This document shows, in pieces, positions 63,170 to 63,877 of a stretch of DNA of 63,877 nucleotides. Where the stretch lies: assembly GCA_028707005.1 (NCBI GenBank), contig JAQTVB010000003.1:1-63877 (forward strand), given 5' to 3'. Position 1 is the first letter of the stretch, and each line of letters starts with the position of its first letter. This DNA is from Patescibacteria group bacterium. Lineage in GTDB: Bacteria; Patescibacteriota; Patescibacteriia; Patescibacteriales; GWC2-42-12. The position numbers were made by a program, and so were the translations under genes. The notes beneath the pieces are model-generated. The model ran no database searches. It was not told where the DNA came from and was given only the letters and a program-made list of their open reading frames with translations.

Positions 63170-63269
63170 AATATTTTAATACGAATATTACAAATTACAT
63201 CCGAATATTACAAATATTTTTTTGTAGCATTCGTAGTATTTGAATACAATTTGTAGTATTCGTATTATA

Positions 63270-63877
63270 TTAGTTTTGTTTTTTCTTCTTTTCCATTTTG
63301 TAAAATTGCAAAATGTCGCCCACTTTTATAACCGGCTTGCCTTCATAGCTTAAGCCGCATTCCTGGTTGGTTTCCACAATACTCACGTCTTGTTTGGCGA
63401 TTTGCAGCTTGGCCAGCTTGCCTTCAGCCAAAACCTGCTTGTCGCGCGTTACTTCAACCAAAGCTTTGGCTTCAACCTTGCCGTCGATAATCCGCCCGCC
63501 TACGATTTGTCCGGCTTTTTCCGTGCGGAAAATAGCCAGAACTTTCATGCGGCCGATGTCCGCCCGCTCCAGATCTTCTTCAATCAAGCTGGCTACCTCG
63601 GCCTTAAGGTCGTTTATCAGTTCATAGATGATTTTATAATTTTTGATCGCCACTTTTTTCTCTCTGGCCAGCCGGGCGGCCAGGGGAGTGGTGTTAACGT
63701 TGAAGCCGATCAGCTTGGCGCTCGACGCTTCGGCGCGCGCCACGTCGCCCTCGGTGATGTTGCCCAAGCCTTTGTTTAAAATTTTGATTTTAATCTCCGG
63801 AGTTTCAATTTTGGCCAGCGAGCCTTCTATGGCTTCGCCGGATCCTAAGACGTCGCTCTTGATCAGCAAATTTATGT
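63270..63877 (-). CDS. infB: Translation initiation factor IF-2, C-terminal part (5' end outside the window)
   Basis: The C2 beta-barrel region ...VLAIFRTEKAGQIVGGRIIDGKV... is present, and the ORF is open to the window edge. Confidence 0.85.
   Translation of the reverse strand, partial: INLLIKSDVLGSGEAIEGSLAKIETPEIKIKILNKGLGNITEGDVARAEASSAKLIGFNVNTTPLAARLAREKKVAIKNYKIIYELINDLKAEVASLIEEDLERADIGRMKVLAIFRTEKAGQIVGGRIIDGKVEAKALVEVTRDKQVLAEGKLAKLQIAKQDVSIVETNQECGLSYEGKPVIKVGDILQFYKMEKKKKQN

Overview
The window reads as a chromosome segment from a small-genome, Patescibacteria/CPR-like bacterium; this is inferred from gene content and spacer architecture, not from any search. The backbone is housekeeping genes: ftsK, gyrA, uvrC, uvrB, trpS, gdh, glyA, folD, recQ, HU, the rny-ymdB pair, clpP, nrnA, rbfA, partial infB and 3 tRNAs. 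It also carries a MacB/FtsX-type ABC pair, an RND pump with its adaptor, a ComEA-HhH/lamin-tail surface protein, a 1081-aa Ig/FN3 surface protein and a bacterial Elp3. Two layers of structure are not explained by ordinary annotation. (1) Most backbone intergenic spacers are AT-rich 10-14 nt 'word' arrays arranged as long imperfect palindromes, often around a GC-rich hairpin. The same modules, and a separate 30-nt palindromic element, also sit in frame inside conserved genes (Elp3 three times, trpS, uvrC, uvrB, the gyrA N-terminus, the LTD protein). A RAYT/IS200-like gene carrying its own perfect palindrome is present. (2) Four accessory islands look GC-richer by eye and lack the word spacers: A about 4357-6565, B about 10426-11724, C about 32084-35258, D about 55073-55613. 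They encode a sensor-less sigma-54 enhancer-binding protein, four tandem carrier-protein-like paralogs without the phosphopantetheine Ser, a PRTase-fold protein and a DapB-N-like protein with degenerate motifs, a Zn-ribbon protein, small membrane or unknown proteins, and a candidate structured RNA. Islands A, C and D share a homologous promoter-plus-leader module in which a 5' AAGGAGG motif forms part of a terminator-like hairpin. Island B carries a TGG-N9-TTGCA (sigma-54-type) element directly upstream of its operon. My main hypothesis is a dispersed, co-regulated cassette regulon, possibly sigma-54/EBP dependent, whose products are non-catalytic relatives of enzyme and carrier folds. I do not recognise it as a described system. 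I found no rRNA, CRISPR array, reverse transcriptase or recognisable defence system. All fold assignments are hand pattern recognition and need profile searches.
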